From a virus: a stretch of 64,000 nucleotides of DNA. Shown here one piece after another: positions 1 through 8,187 of the stretch; positions within the stretch are counted from its first letter, which is position 1, and each line of letters begins with the position of its first letter. The DNA is taken from the IMG/VR virus record IMGVR_UViG_3300028840_002190. The stretch is one strand, 5' to 3'. The position numbers and the translations under genes are program-made. Under the pieces are notes generated by a model. That model saw only the letters and a program-made list of their open reading frames with translations. It ran no database searches and was not told where the DNA came from.

Positions 1-210
1 CAGCTCTCCGCAGCTCGGGTCACACTCCGAGATCTCGATCATGTAAGCGCCCTCTCCCTCGTTGTCGATGCAGTAACGCGTCGCAAAGCAGTGGAGGTCA
101 CCCCAGTTGATGGCGTCCTTCTTGAAACGCTCTTTGAACTCCTGGGCGTTGAGAAGCAACACCTCGACGTCGTTGCGGAGCTCGACTAGTTTTTCTTTAG
201 AGACTTTCAT
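1..210 (-). CDS. hypothetical protein (runs off window edge)
   Basis: ATG at 210 overlaps the upstream stop; open to position 1 (MKVSKEKLVELRNDVEVLLL...). Confidence 0.6.
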   Translation of the reverse strand, partial: MKVSKEKLVELRNDVEVLLLNAQEFKERFKKDAINWGDLHCFATRYCIDNEGEGAYMIEISECDPSCGEL

Positions 211-515
211 TTCCAGTAGCTCACTCTCTCCCCTTCATGCTTAGGAGGATGATCAACATACGTCTTCCCATTCTCACGCATCGCCGAAACCTGGCTCTCC
301 TTGAACTTCAACTCGTAGTCGATGAGCTGTCTGGCAAACTCCTCAGCCCAACGACGTAGCTCTTCGTCACAGTAAGTAACCTCCACGGCGTTCCCATCTC
401 GGTCCACCAGGATGGTATTGATGAGAGCCTCGTTGAGGGTGGCAGCAGGAACCGCCTTCACCAAGTCGTAGAAGAACGAGGTGAGAGTCTTCAAGATGTG
501 GATGTCCAGGGGCAT
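207..515 (-). CDS. hypothetical protein
   Basis: 102-aa ORF, coupled to neighbours. Confidence 0.6.
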   Translation of the reverse strand: MPLDIHILKTLTSFFYDLVKAVPAATLNEALINTILVDRDGNAVEVTYCDEELRRWAEEFARQLIDYELKFKESQVSAMRENGKTYVDHPPKHEGERVSYWK

Positions 516-520
516 CGTGT

Positions 521-772
521 TTAAATCCCTTCCAGCGCCTTGATGACGCCATCTATCTGGTCCTTGGCTCGCTCAAGAGCCGTGATGATGACCACCGCCT
601 GGTCTTCCGACGGGAGGTCCTCTTCGGTGAGCTCGCTGATCTCCTCAGCAATGAACGCTGCAAGACCGTCCCCGTGCTCTCCCAGAGGATCATCGTAGTA
701 ATCCTGAATCAGGCCGTCGTCGTAACCCGACGAGGCAATTGCTATGAGTGCTTCAGTCTTCACGTGTATCAA
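521..772 (-). CDS. hypothetical acidic protein
   Basis: 83-aa ORF with AGGA RBS. Confidence 0.6.
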   Translation of the reverse strand: MIHVKTEALIAIASSGYDDGLIQDYYDDPLGEHGDGLAAFIAEEISELTEEDLPSEDQAVVIITALERAKDQIDGVIKALEGI

Positions 773-1031
773 TCCTTCCTAGCTCACCTCGAACATGAGC
801 TTCGTGCTGCAATTTGAAGAGCCACGCAACCATGAGACTCGTCATCTCTGAAGTGTAGAACTGTCCCGACCTTATCTTTCTGGAGAGCATCCTAATCGTG
901 TTGTACAAGTGCCGGTTAGATACGTCCTGGATAAAAACGGTGCGTCCGTCCTTCGTTATCCATTGTCCCCGCTTAAAGGCTTTCAGATGTCGAGAGTAGG
1001 ATGTCTTCTCCCGCTCTTCATCGTTCATCAT
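753..1031 (-). CDS. hypothetical phage protein
   Basis: WITKDGRTVFIQDVSNRHLYNTIRML, a motif typical of small phage proteins. Confidence 0.6.
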   Translation of the reverse strand: MMNDEEREKTSYSRHLKAFKRGQWITKDGRTVFIQDVSNRHLYNTIRMLSRKIRSGQFYTSEMTSLMVAWLFKLQHEAHVRGELGRIDTRED

Positions 1032-1224
1032 CCTCCTCCTCAGGTGGTCTCGGCAACCAGAACTCTAGCTCTTCCACGCGGTCCTGAAGCTCGTACACCA
1101 ATAAGACAAGCTCCATGATGATCGAATCACGATGGGCGTTTTCCAAGTGCTGAAGATGCGGAGGGATGCGCAGATCGCCGTTTTTATACAAGTGCTTAGA
1201 AGGGTCGATTACCTTGTCAGACAT
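1018..1224 (-). CDS. hypothetical protein
   Basis: GGAG RBS before ATG at 1224. Confidence 0.55.
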   Translation of the reverse strand: MSDKVIDPSKHLYKNGDLRIPPHLQHLENAHRDSIIMELVLLVYELQDRVEELEFWLPRPPEEEDDER

Positions 1225-1253
1225 TCCGTTCTCCAGCTTAAATGTGTTAACGG

Positions 1254-1261
1254 CTTTTACC
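1254..1261 (-). promoter_or_regulatory. putative phage promoter element GGTAAAAG
   Basis: recurrent GGTA[C/A/G]AAG motif directly after a terminator U-tract. Confidence 0.5.
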
Positions 1262-1264
1262 AAA

Positions 1265-1291
1265 AAAGAGCAGATGAAGTGTCTGCTCTTT
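1265..1291 (-). terminator. intrinsic terminator
   Basis: AAAGAGCAGA/TCTGCTCTTT stem followed by a U-tract on the minus strand. Confidence 0.75.
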
Positions 1292-1366
1292 AGGGAGCAT
1301 CAGTCTCGGGGATTAACCGCGTCTTCCAAGTAATCCACGGAGAGACTCTCGAGATGCAAAGCGCAT

Positions 1367-1723
1367 CTACCTCGCTCCCACGGCAGTGAGGAATGTTGGG
1401 TACCAGTCGGGCCCGGCCTCGGCACCGACGCGCTTACGTCGTTGGGTCCGGAGCTGTGGAAGGTATTCCACCATGTCTTTCTTGGTGATACTCTCCTTCT
1501 TGTCCTTCTCCGTACGAACGAAGGAGATCCAGCCGTGGCGCTTGGCGTTGAGACGACCTTCCGCGATGAGACGTCCGCGCCTGCGGTTGAAGGAATCGAG
1601 GGGCGAAGCGAAGGCCGCGCCAACCTCGTACTCAACGATATCATCGCTGCCCTCCACTCTGCGGATTGCAAGGGTAACACCCCCGAAAACCGAGGTGGTG
1701 ATGTGCATGAACTGGGTCTTCAT
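1367..1723 (-). CDS. hypothetical protein (MKTQFMH variant A, 118 aa)
   Basis: ATGA overlap with lipoprotein stop; N-terminus shared with 2131-2322. Confidence 0.65.
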   Translation of the reverse strand: MKTQFMHITTSVFGGVTLAIRRVEGSDDIVEYEVGAAFASPLDSFNRRRGRLIAEGRLNAKRHGWISFVRTEKDKKESITKKDMVEYLPQLRTQRRKRVGAEAGPDWYPTFLTAVGAR

Positions 1724-1953
1724 AGCCACTCCTTTACTGCGTCACAGGGGACCTCTGTGAGGCCCATTCCCGATTGGTTGAAGTCTCCGGTCTTCCTGCT
1801 GGCCACGATGCCGAAGCACAGACCGGTGCGGGAATCCTTGACGTAGGTGATGGTATCTCCGAACTTCGAAGCTTCTTCTTTGCCGAACTCGCTCGGGTTG
1901 ATGTCACAGCCCATGACGAATAGGACCAGAAGTAAGACTAGTGTGTACTTCAC
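1720..1953 (-). CDS. small lipoprotein, copy 1
   Basis: GTG start, lipobox LFVMG-C, two further Cys; near-identical to 2319-2552. Confidence 0.75.
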   Translation of the reverse strand: MKYTLVLLLVLFVMGCDINPSEFGKEEASKFGDTITYVKDSRTGLCFGIVASRKTGDFNQSGMGLTEVPCDAVKEWL

Positions 1954-1957
1954 GGCC

Positions 1958-2134
1958 CTACCTCCCCAGGTCCTCATCCAGCGCGTTGATGTTCTCCTGG
2001 GCGTACTCGCGGATGGCAATCATGCGCTCGCGTGTTTCCTCCGGGGGCACGCTGGTGTCTCCGAACATGTTGTCGATTTCCTTCTTGACGATGGCCAAGC
2101 TGCCGTCGTCCATTCCGTTCTCGTAAACGCTCAT
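1958..2134 (-). CDS. hypothetical protein (58 aa)
   Basis: translated by hand: MSVYENGMDDGSLAIVKKEIDNMFG...; ATGA coupling. Confidence 0.55.
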   Translation of the reverse strand: MSVYENGMDDGSLAIVKKEIDNMFGDTSVPPEETRERMIAIREYAQENINALDEDLGR

Positions 2135-2322
2135 TTGCCCTCCTCCATCCGGGTCTTCGAGAAGACTCCAATGCTCGACTTGCAGTACCAGGCAGGCATG
2201 CCCATCTCAGCGAGCTTCTTCACCTTGTACTGCACGGCACAGTTCTCCAGCTCCGTACGGCGCAGGGCGAGCGTGACGCCTCCGTGGGATTCGGTCATGA
2301 TGTGCATGAATTGGGTCTTCAT
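2131..2322 (-). CDS. hypothetical protein (MKTQFMH variant B, 63 aa)
   Basis: N-terminus shared with 1367-1723, unrelated C-terminus. Confidence 0.55.
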   Translation of the reverse strand: MKTQFMHIMTESHGGVTLALRRTELENCAVQYKVKKLAEMGMPAWYCKSSIGVFSKTRMEEGK

Positions 2323-2552
2323 AGCCACTCCTTTACTGCTTCGCAGGGGACCTGTGTGAGGCCCATTCCTGATTGATCCCACTCTCCGGTTTTTCGACTG
2401 GCTACGATTCCGAAGCACAGACCAGTTCGCTTGTCTTTGACGTAGGTAATGGTGTCCCCGAATTTCGAGGCTTCTTCTTTGCCGAACTCGCTCGGGTTGA
2501 TGTCGCAACCCAAGACGAACAAGGACAGGCACAACGTCAATGCGTACTTCAT
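2319..2552 (-). CDS. small lipoprotein, copy 2
   Basis: lipobox LFVLG-C, GGAGGAG RBS. Confidence 0.75.
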   Translation of the reverse strand: MKYALTLCLSLFVLGCDINPSEFGKEEASKFGDTITYVKDKRTGLCFGIVASRKTGEWDQSGMGLTQVPCEAVKEWL

Positions 2553-2581
2553 AACTCCTCCTCTAGAATTTCGTTGGGGTT

Positions 2582-3145
2582 TCATGAGTCCTCCAAAAGC
2601 TTCATCAGCTTCTCGGCCAGCTCCTGGTCGGACTTCTTCTCATCCTCGGAGAGGTCCTCATAAAGCGTCGCCATCTGGCGCTTCCAGCGAGTGTGGTCCT
2701 CTTCCTTGATGGTCTCGAGACGGCCCGGCATGAACATCGAACCTGCGGGAAGGATCTCGTGCGTGATGGTCTTGCTAAAGAGGTACTTCATCCAATGTGC
2801 CCACAGATCCTCGTGGATGAACTTGGCAAGCTTTTCTCTGAGCTGTTCTTTCACTGTCGAAGACTCACCAGGGTAGATGGCTTCGATCCCTTCATCGAGT
2901 TCGAACGAGAAAGAGGAGACGGTCTCAAGATCGGGAACTTCCCAGAAGCAGCCGGTCTCGTCCTCGTCGATGTCCACAGCGGTAGCGCCGGATTCCATCT
3001 CTGTGAGTTCGGGTACCACGCGGTAGTCCAGATCGCGGTCCCGGGCGTACTCGTTGTAGCTAGTGTAGGTGTATCGGACTTCGACCCCGTTTTGCGCAGC
3101 CTCGATGATCTCTTTCCCGCTGAGAGGTTTCGGGTCTTTGGGCAT
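2582..3145 (-). CDS. hypothetical protein with RyR-like C-terminal motif
   Basis: HEDLWAHWM...RWKRQMATLYEDLSEDEKKSD. Confidence 0.6.
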   Translation of the reverse strand: MPKDPKPLSGKEIIEAAQNGVEVRYTYTSYNEYARDRDLDYRVVPELTEMESGATAVDIDEDETGCFWEVPDLETVSSFSFELDEGIEAIYPGESSTVKEQLREKLAKFIHEDLWAHWMKYLFSKTITHEILPAGSMFMPGRLETIKEEDHTRWKRQMATLYEDLSEDEKKSDQELAEKLMKLLEDS

Positions 3146-3507
3146 GCCGACTCTCCTTTCACAGAGTAACTAGAACCGTCTTTAACCTTGATGGCGTCCT
3201 CCACGCGGTAACGAAGAAGGTCATCCGCACACTTGGTGCGCTCCGTGCGGCACTCCTCATAGAGACCTCGGAGCTCTTCCCAGAGCGTTGTACATCGCTC
3301 GAACTGTTGGTCTGAAGTGTGCAGAGACGCGTTACACTCCTCGAGGGAAGCGTCGCACTTATCGATGACCTTTTCCGCTGTGTGTACTGAAGAACGTACG
3401 TTCAATGTAAAGGTGAACACAGCGAGAGCTGAGCCTGTGACGGCCCCCAACCCGAAAAGCAGGAAGTTCTTCCACAGCTCACGAGTGAGCACCTGGGGGT
3501 CGATCAT
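2851..3507 (-). CDS. membrane-anchored coiled-coil protein
   Basis: N-terminal TM helix then a Cys-containing coiled coil; 3' end overlaps the next gene by 295 nt. Confidence 0.55.
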   Translation of the reverse strand: MIDPQVLTRELWKNFLLFGLGAVTGSALAVFTFTLNVRSSVHTAEKVIDKCDASLEECNASLHTSDQQFERCTTLWEELRGLYEECRTERTKCADDLLRYRVEDAIKVKDGSSYSVKGESACPKTRNLSAGKRSSRLRKTGSKSDTPTLATTSTPGTAIWTTAWYPNSQRWNPALPLWTSTRTRPAASGKFPILRPSPLSRSNSMKGSKPSTLVSLRQ

Positions 3508-3764
3508 GACTTCTCCTTGGAGACCCACACCCATGCCTGGACATACGCACCATCAGCGTCCTCTCCGTCACCCCGAGACACCGCGGCGTCGTCGTCGACC
3601 TCGAGTTCCCCTTCGAGGCTGAAGCGCTCCTTCGCCTCTTTTACGAAGTAAAGCTCTTCCTTGTTTCGCTGCGTAGCGAAGAACGACACACACTCTGCCA
3701 ACGTCAAATCGCCGACATCCACCAGTGCCTTCAACAACGTATTCTTGTCTTCTTTCGACAACAT
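3504..3764 (-). CDS. hypothetical phage protein
   Basis: GELEVDDDAAVS...GAYVQAWVWV motif. Confidence 0.65.
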   Translation of the reverse strand: MLSKEDKNTLLKALVDVGDLTLAECVSFFATQRNKEELYFVKEAKERFSLEGELEVDDDAAVSRGDGEDADGAYVQAWVWVSKEKS

Positions 3765-4008
3765 CTCACGGCCTCCTTAGTTGAAAGGTAGAGTTACCTC
3801 CTTCTACCAAAAAAAGAACCATTACCGCACTATTGCGATATCTGGTTCTTCTCGCGGAGCTCACTCTCTCCACTTCCTCCTACGCCCACCAGAGGCGGTA
3901 CCGACCTAGAGGCTGTCAGTACTAGCGTTGACCACCACGCTGAGGACGGAGCATTGGCTTACGCCGTGAGGTTGCCCGTGGACCCTGTGAGGAAGCGCCT
4001 GGGGGTCG

Positions 4009-4302
4009 CTAGCCGTTGTACGCCCTCTCCACCGGCCAGTGGAGGGGAGCGCCAACGACTGCGCCCGGGAGGGGACGAACCACGAGGGACTCGTGATCCC
4101 GCACCTCGAGACCGTGCTTCTCCATGAAGAAGCCCGCGATATCGAGGGCGTCGTCCCGACTGGCCGCCGCAACGCACAGCGCTATACCGTCCAGCTCCAC
4201 GGGAGTGGTACGGAAGCGACGCTCGTCGCGGAGAGCCAGCGCCCAACCTTGACGGTCGTACGTACCGCCATGTCGGGCCGGAGAGTTGATGAAACGCTCC
4301 AT
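4009..4302 (-). CDS. hypothetical protein
   Basis: AAGGAGG RBS, GC3-rich, downstream of GGTACAAG motif. Confidence 0.6.
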   Translation of the reverse strand: MERFINSPARHGGTYDRQGWALALRDERRFRTTPVELDGIALCVAAASRDDALDIAGFFMEKHGLEVRDHESLVVRPLPGAVVGAPLHWPVERAYNG

Positions 4303-4354
4303 CCGGGCACCTCCTTATGAGTGAGTGTTCAGGATCCGTTCTCAACGCTATTTA

Positions 4355-4388
4355 CTTGTACCGAGTTTTAGGGGCTGTTTTATGAAAC
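4355..4388 (-). promoter_or_regulatory. putative early promoter TTTCATAAAAC..AAAACTCGGTACAAGTAA
   Basis: closely matches the element at 24525-24558. Confidence 0.6.
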
Positions 4389-4392
4389 CAAA

Positions 4393-4412
4393 AAAGAGGC
4401 GAAAGCCTCTTT
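4393..4412 (-). terminator. intrinsic terminator (GAAA loop on plus strand)
   Basis: AAAGAGGC/GCCTCTTT stem just after the PurA-like stop. Confidence 0.75.
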
Positions 4413-4418
4413 GGGGGG

Positions 4419-5576
4419 TTAGGACTGAGTCCATTGGACGATGTCGTCCGAGGTGGGACCGTAGCTGACGTAGGCTTCCGAGGCGTCAACGGTATCAATG
4501 ATTCTACGCATGAACTGTTCCACGTTTGGAAAAGCGTGAATACGCCCCCCGATAACCGCTCGGAACTTCCCAGCCTCGAGGAGCAAGTCCATACAATTCA
4601 CAACGAGGTTGACCCGGCGAGTCCCCACAGCTTTAGACGTGGCATACTCCAAGAGGTCAAGGTCGAGATACCCTCTACGGAACCTACCCTGCGGCCCGTC
4701 GTCGTAGCTGCGCTCGTAAGGATTTACGAAAGTAGTCGAGTCAGAAAACTCATGGGTCATCGGACCCGCTCCGTGGCGTGTCTGATACGCCCGGGTGACG
4801 AGCCAGATCTCGCTGGGAGCGCTGCCATTGCGGAGCTCGAGAATATTTTTGAGCCCTGTAGAAGACGGCGTAACATGGGGAAAGAATCCAATCTCTTCGT
4901 CAAGGAGCAGCCCCTGGGAACCTTCGTAGATAGTGACGCTGGGAGGGTCGGGATGAAAAAGCCCAATATCCACAGACTCTACACGCTCCTCCACCACGTA
5001 CTGACACGACGTCAAGAACGCGTCAGTGTCCACTCTTCCAATGGGGTCATCGTCGTAGAACTGTCGAATAAGATCGAGCTTCATACGAAGGGCAGTAGGG
5101 TGGTAGATATCCTCGAAATGCAGGAGGTAACCAAGACCCTCTCTTCGAAGAGTGGCGAAGATACCTGCCCCGCAGGTTCCGTGCTTCGACACGTCTTCCC
5201 AGTGCGCATTCCACGCCAAGTCGTAAGGCGTGATGACCGGGCAACGCGGGTCAATACGGAGACGTGGGGGCTTCGGACACTTGAGCTTGAGGTCGTCGAG
5301 CTCATTGATGAGCGACACAGGATTCACGGGACAATAGTGCGTCCAATTGGTTAACGCACCACGCAGTGACCCGCTACCGAAATGGGAAAATACGTGTTCC
5401 ACCTCTTCGGTCTTTGGGAGCACTACGTGATGCGCTGCTTGCGGTCCTCCGGAAAACCGGAACACCACGGGATAATCGGTCGCGTTGTCGCAGAGCCAGT
5501 CCACGACGTGACCTTTGCCCTCGTCCCCGAAACCTGCGCCGATAACGGCGTGGCTGCCGGTGATAGCTCTCATCAC
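4419..5576 (-). CDS. purA: adenylosuccinate synthetase-like protein
   Basis: GAGFGDEGKG, HGTCGAGI, EGSQGLLLD, FPHVTPS, TRAYQTRHGAGP and RRGYLD motifs. Confidence 0.85.
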   Translation of the reverse strand: MMRAITGSHAVIGAGFGDEGKGHVVDWLCDNATDYPVVFRFSGGPQAAHHVVLPKTEEVEHVFSHFGSGSLRGALTNWTHYCPVNPVSLINELDDLKLKCPKPPRLRIDPRCPVITPYDLAWNAHWEDVSKHGTCGAGIFATLRREGLGYLLHFEDIYHPTALRMKLDLIRQFYDDDPIGRVDTDAFLTSCQYVVEERVESVDIGLFHPDPPSVTIYEGSQGLLLDEEIGFFPHVTPSSTGLKNILELRNGSAPSEIWLVTRAYQTRHGAGPMTHEFSDSTTFVNPYERSYDDGPQGRFRRGYLDLDLLEYATSKAVGTRRVNLVVNCMDLLLEAGKFRAVIGGRIHAFPNVEQFMRRIIDTVDASEAYVSYGPTSDDIVQWTQS

Positions 5577-6511
5577 ATCATCTCGATATTGCCCGTGCCG
5601 GTCTTCTTCTCGGACTTGGGCTTCTTGACCGTCTCATCGTTCTCGGGCAGTGGGCGCACCCCCTGGACCTCCAGGATCTTGTTGGCGATGGTGGCAGCCA
5701 CGTCGTCGTGATGCTGCGAGGTGAGCAACGCATCGGGCCCGATGAGGGACGACCACTTCTGGCGGCTATCCGGCTGCCGTCCTCGCGGGGTCTCCTGGAT
5801 GTGGATGTGGAAGACCTCGTAGGTCTCGCGAGCTCGCTTGAGCAGCTCCTTGGAGACCTCGTCCCCGGTCTGCGCGCCTTCGCCCATGATCTGCTTCAGC
5901 GCCTCCTTGGGAAAGTCCATCAGCGGGGGCTCGTCCCCAATGGTGAAGAGGATACCCTTCTTCTGCCGCTTCTCGAAGCAGTCGATGGAGGTGTGGTTGG
6001 CGGCGAAGTACCAAGCGAGCGGGTAGCTCTCCCCGGCGTTGCCACCCCCGCCACCCTCGAGAAAGATGGACGTGAGCCACTTGTCGAGGAGCTCGTCGCT
6101 GGACTCGAACTGGCCGACCTGCAGCGGGGCCGTGTCGTAATTGTGGTCCCCGATGGCCAAGAACATGACCTGAGGGTCCTCGACACCCGCTTGGATGATC
6201 TTGTCCATGAGCTTGGGGAAGCCCTCAGAGACGAGCTGGTGCGGCACCTGCCCCATCGAACCGGTAACGTCGAGGGCGATGATGATGGCGAAGGAGTTGG
6301 GATGCTCCTCGCTGTCTCTGGACTCGCGGATGTCGACGCCCACCGACCGCATCTCGTGGTGGACCTGACGCTGCGTGAAGACGTCGTGAATCGCCTTTCG
6401 CTTGTAGGTCGACATGTCGGTACCCGTGCTCGAGGCCACGCTGTGGGTGGCGATACCTCGGTCGACGCTGCGAGAAACGGCGCTGTTGTAGCTGTAGCTT
6501 CCTCCTCCCAT
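5573..6511 (-). CDS. vWA-domain protein
   Basis: MIDAS-like DVTGSMG, AIGDH, GGGGNAGESY, FTIGDEP. Confidence 0.85.
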   Translation of the reverse strand: MGGGSYSYNSAVSRSVDRGIATHSVASSTGTDMSTYKRKAIHDVFTQRQVHHEMRSVGVDIRESRDSEEHPNSFAIIIALDVTGSMGQVPHQLVSEGFPKLMDKIIQAGVEDPQVMFLAIGDHNYDTAPLQVGQFESSDELLDKWLTSIFLEGGGGGNAGESYPLAWYFAANHTSIDCFEKRQKKGILFTIGDEPPLMDFPKEALKQIMGEGAQTGDEVSKELLKRARETYEVFHIHIQETPRGRQPDSRQKWSSLIGPDALLTSQHHDDVAATIANKILEVQGVRPLPENDETVKKPKSEKKTGTGNIEMM

Positions 6512-6882
6512 CACACACCTCCCCCGAACAGGTGCTCGTAGCGCTTACGCGCGATGTCGAGCTTGACCTGCAGGTTGTGCATCTCGACGCCGAGCTTGAT
6601 GTCCTGCTCCACGAACCCGACCGAGTCGAAGTCCTTTCCCAGGATCAGGCTGTGGGTGTTGTCGGGGGACATGTCCAGCATGTTCTCCCGCTGACGACGG
6701 AGCTTCTTCAAGTCGAGCTCCATGTCCTCGATGGTGCGCTTGAAGCGGATCTCGGCGTCTTCGGCGATGGACTCCGCCCGATCACGCTTGATCTGCTTGG
6801 CGTTGCGGGCCAGGCTCTCGAAGAACGCGCCCTTCCTCTCGGAGAGAGGCGTGTCCATTTGGTTCTTGGTCTCTTCTGTCAT
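6511..6882 (-). CDS. coiled-coil protein
   Basis: helical, AAGGAG RBS, TGATG coupling to the vWA gene. Confidence 0.75.
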   Translation of the reverse strand: MTEETKNQMDTPLSERKGAFFESLARNAKQIKRDRAESIAEDAEIRFKRTIEDMELDLKKLRRQRENMLDMSPDNTHSLILGKDFDSVGFVEQDIKLGVEMHNLQVKLDIARKRYEHLFGGGV

Positions 6883-6939
6883 GGTGTGCACTCCTTTCGT
6901 TGAAGCAACGGTTTGGCCAAACGAAAGCTTGTACCCAAA

Positions 6940-6962
6940 AAGAAGGGGTTTTAGCCCTTCTT
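6940..6962 (-). terminator. intrinsic terminator, followed by GGTACAAG (6928-6935)
   Basis: AAGAAGGG/CCCTTCTT stem plus U-tract. Confidence 0.7.
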
Positions 6963-6966
6963 GAAG

Positions 6967-7137
6967 TCAGCGTCCTATGGAAGACGCCACTCCCACGAGC
7001 CACGCGAGGTTGTAGCCCTTGTCGTCACCGTCGACAACCGAGAGATAGCCGCACGCCGCGGACGCCGCAAAAACGAAAGTGATGAAGACAACTACAGCGT
7101 AAAGAGCGTGACGTTTGGGATCATAGATTGGGGTCAT
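6967..7137 (-). CDS. small membrane protein (56 aa)
   Basis: translated by hand: MTPIYDPKRHALYAVVVFITFVFAASAACG...; ATGA overlap. Confidence 0.5.
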   Translation of the reverse strand: MTPIYDPKRHALYAVVVFITFVFAASAACGYLSVVDGDDKGYNLAWLVGVASSIGR

Positions 7138-7310
7138 TCACTGTCTCCTCTCTTGTCGGACCATACCTCTTCCGCAATGACCCCAGTAGTTTCGATAACA
7201 ACCTTACGGAGGCGCTCCACCTCAGCAGCGAGGCGTGCCGTAACGCTGTTGGGACGATACTTACGGACATGCTTTACGTACTCACTGTTGAGAGGATCGT
7301 CGTTAGGCAT
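7134..7310 (-). CDS. hypothetical protein (58 aa)
   Basis: translated by hand; abuts neighbouring genes. Confidence 0.5.
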   Translation of the reverse strand: MPNDDPLNSEYVKHVRKYRPNSVTARLAAEVERLRKVVIETTGVIAEEVWSDKRGDSE

Positions 7311-7547
7311 TTACCTTCTCCTCTTCACTGTTTCAGCGGCCATACACTGCTTGTGTCGATAGCTGAGTTCAGAGTCCATCCAGCGCAGCCTGCCAAACAC
7401 CCGACACACGGCCTTCATCTCGTTCTTACCCTTCTGCGTCTCCTCTTCCCACTGTGGGCAGTCGTAGCCGCAGAGATTGTCAGCCTCGTCATCCACTTCA
7501 ATATCGAAGAAGAGGGGCGTGGTTACTTTGATGCGTTGTTTGGGCAT
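7311..7547 (-). CDS. small Cys-containing hypothetical protein
   Basis: 78-aa ORF, GGAGG RBS. Confidence 0.55.
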   Translation of the reverse strand: MPKQRIKVTTPLFFDIEVDDEADNLCGYDCPQWEEETQKGKNEMKAVCRVFGRLRWMDSELSYRHKQCMAAETVKRRR

Positions 7548-7802
7548 TTAGCCCTCCTCCAAATCTTCGCCGTTTTCTGTAAGCCTGAAGAACTCGGGGT
7601 CGCTACCCTGTACCTGCAGCGCTTTCGCCGCTTGCTTCCCGTTCAACACCTTTTGTTTGGTTTCCAGGAAGCGGCCCGACCAACTCCCCGCTGAGGTCTC
7701 GTAATCAAGAGTTTCGAGGTCTACATTATCCGGTAGAGGCTCCTCGGATAGCACCTCGAACTCGACTACGGTCTTGTAGAACTTTCTTTTGCTGAGCATC
7801 AA
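7548..7802 (-). CDS. hypothetical protein
   Basis: 84-aa ORF. Confidence 0.6.
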   Translation of the reverse strand: MMLSKRKFYKTVVEFEVLSEEPLPDNVDLETLDYETSAGSWSGRFLETKQKVLNGKQAAKALQVQGSDPEFFRLTENGEDLEEG

Positions 7803-8155
7803 GCCCCCTCTCCCTTGAGATCTCTCAGAACGTCCGCATACTCCGGGTTTTTTGAGTAGTCTATTGGCGGCAATTGCGAAGCTGCGTTTTGCCCCAGCTT
7901 ATCGAGCAGAATACGCAAAGCATCCTCTACATCGCCTCGCATACGATAAGTGGGCCTAGCCTCCGTCCGACTAAACATGATGATGTAGCTTGCTAGGAGG
8001 TGCAACAAAGTACGAATAACCAACTCTGCGTTAATCTTGTTTGAGTTGGGTACCATACACACGACGTTGATTTGGTCCATTAGAGAGACGGCCAACTCTC
8101 CACAGGCTACCTGCTCTTCCTCTGCCAGATGTACGTATTTTTTCTTTTTGGACAT
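7799..8155 (-). CDS. hypothetical protein
   Basis: AAGGAG RBS before MSKKKK. Confidence 0.6.
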   Translation of the reverse strand: MSKKKKYVHLAEEEQVACGELAVSLMDQINVVCMVPNSNKINAELVIRTLLHLLASYIIMFSRTEARPTYRMRGDVEDALRILLDKLGQNAASQLPPIDYSKNPEYADVLRDLKGEGA

Positions 8156-8187
8156 CGGTTTCTCCTTATTAGTCGAGTAGAAGACTT

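Larger units (their letters stand above)
1670..2552. repeat. imperfect direct repeat of ~280 bp, offset 599 bp
   Basis: ~1670-1953 versus ~2270-2552; covers a lipoprotein gene and the first ~22 codons of the next gene. Confidence 0.9.

Noticed and set aside
1670-2552. DGR template/variable repeat pair
   Set aside because: Differences are not restricted to adenines, both copies are intact genes, and there is no reverse transcriptase in the window
4419-5576. PurZ / 2-aminoadenine (Z-genome) pathway
   Set aside because: The P-loop region reads GDEGKG with the PurA Asp, not the PurZ Ser, and no DatZ/MazZ partners are adjacent
4434-6541. Long plus-strand ORFs 4434-5354 and 5708-6541
   Set aside because: Antisense shadows of recognisable minus-strand genes; no RBS or motifs
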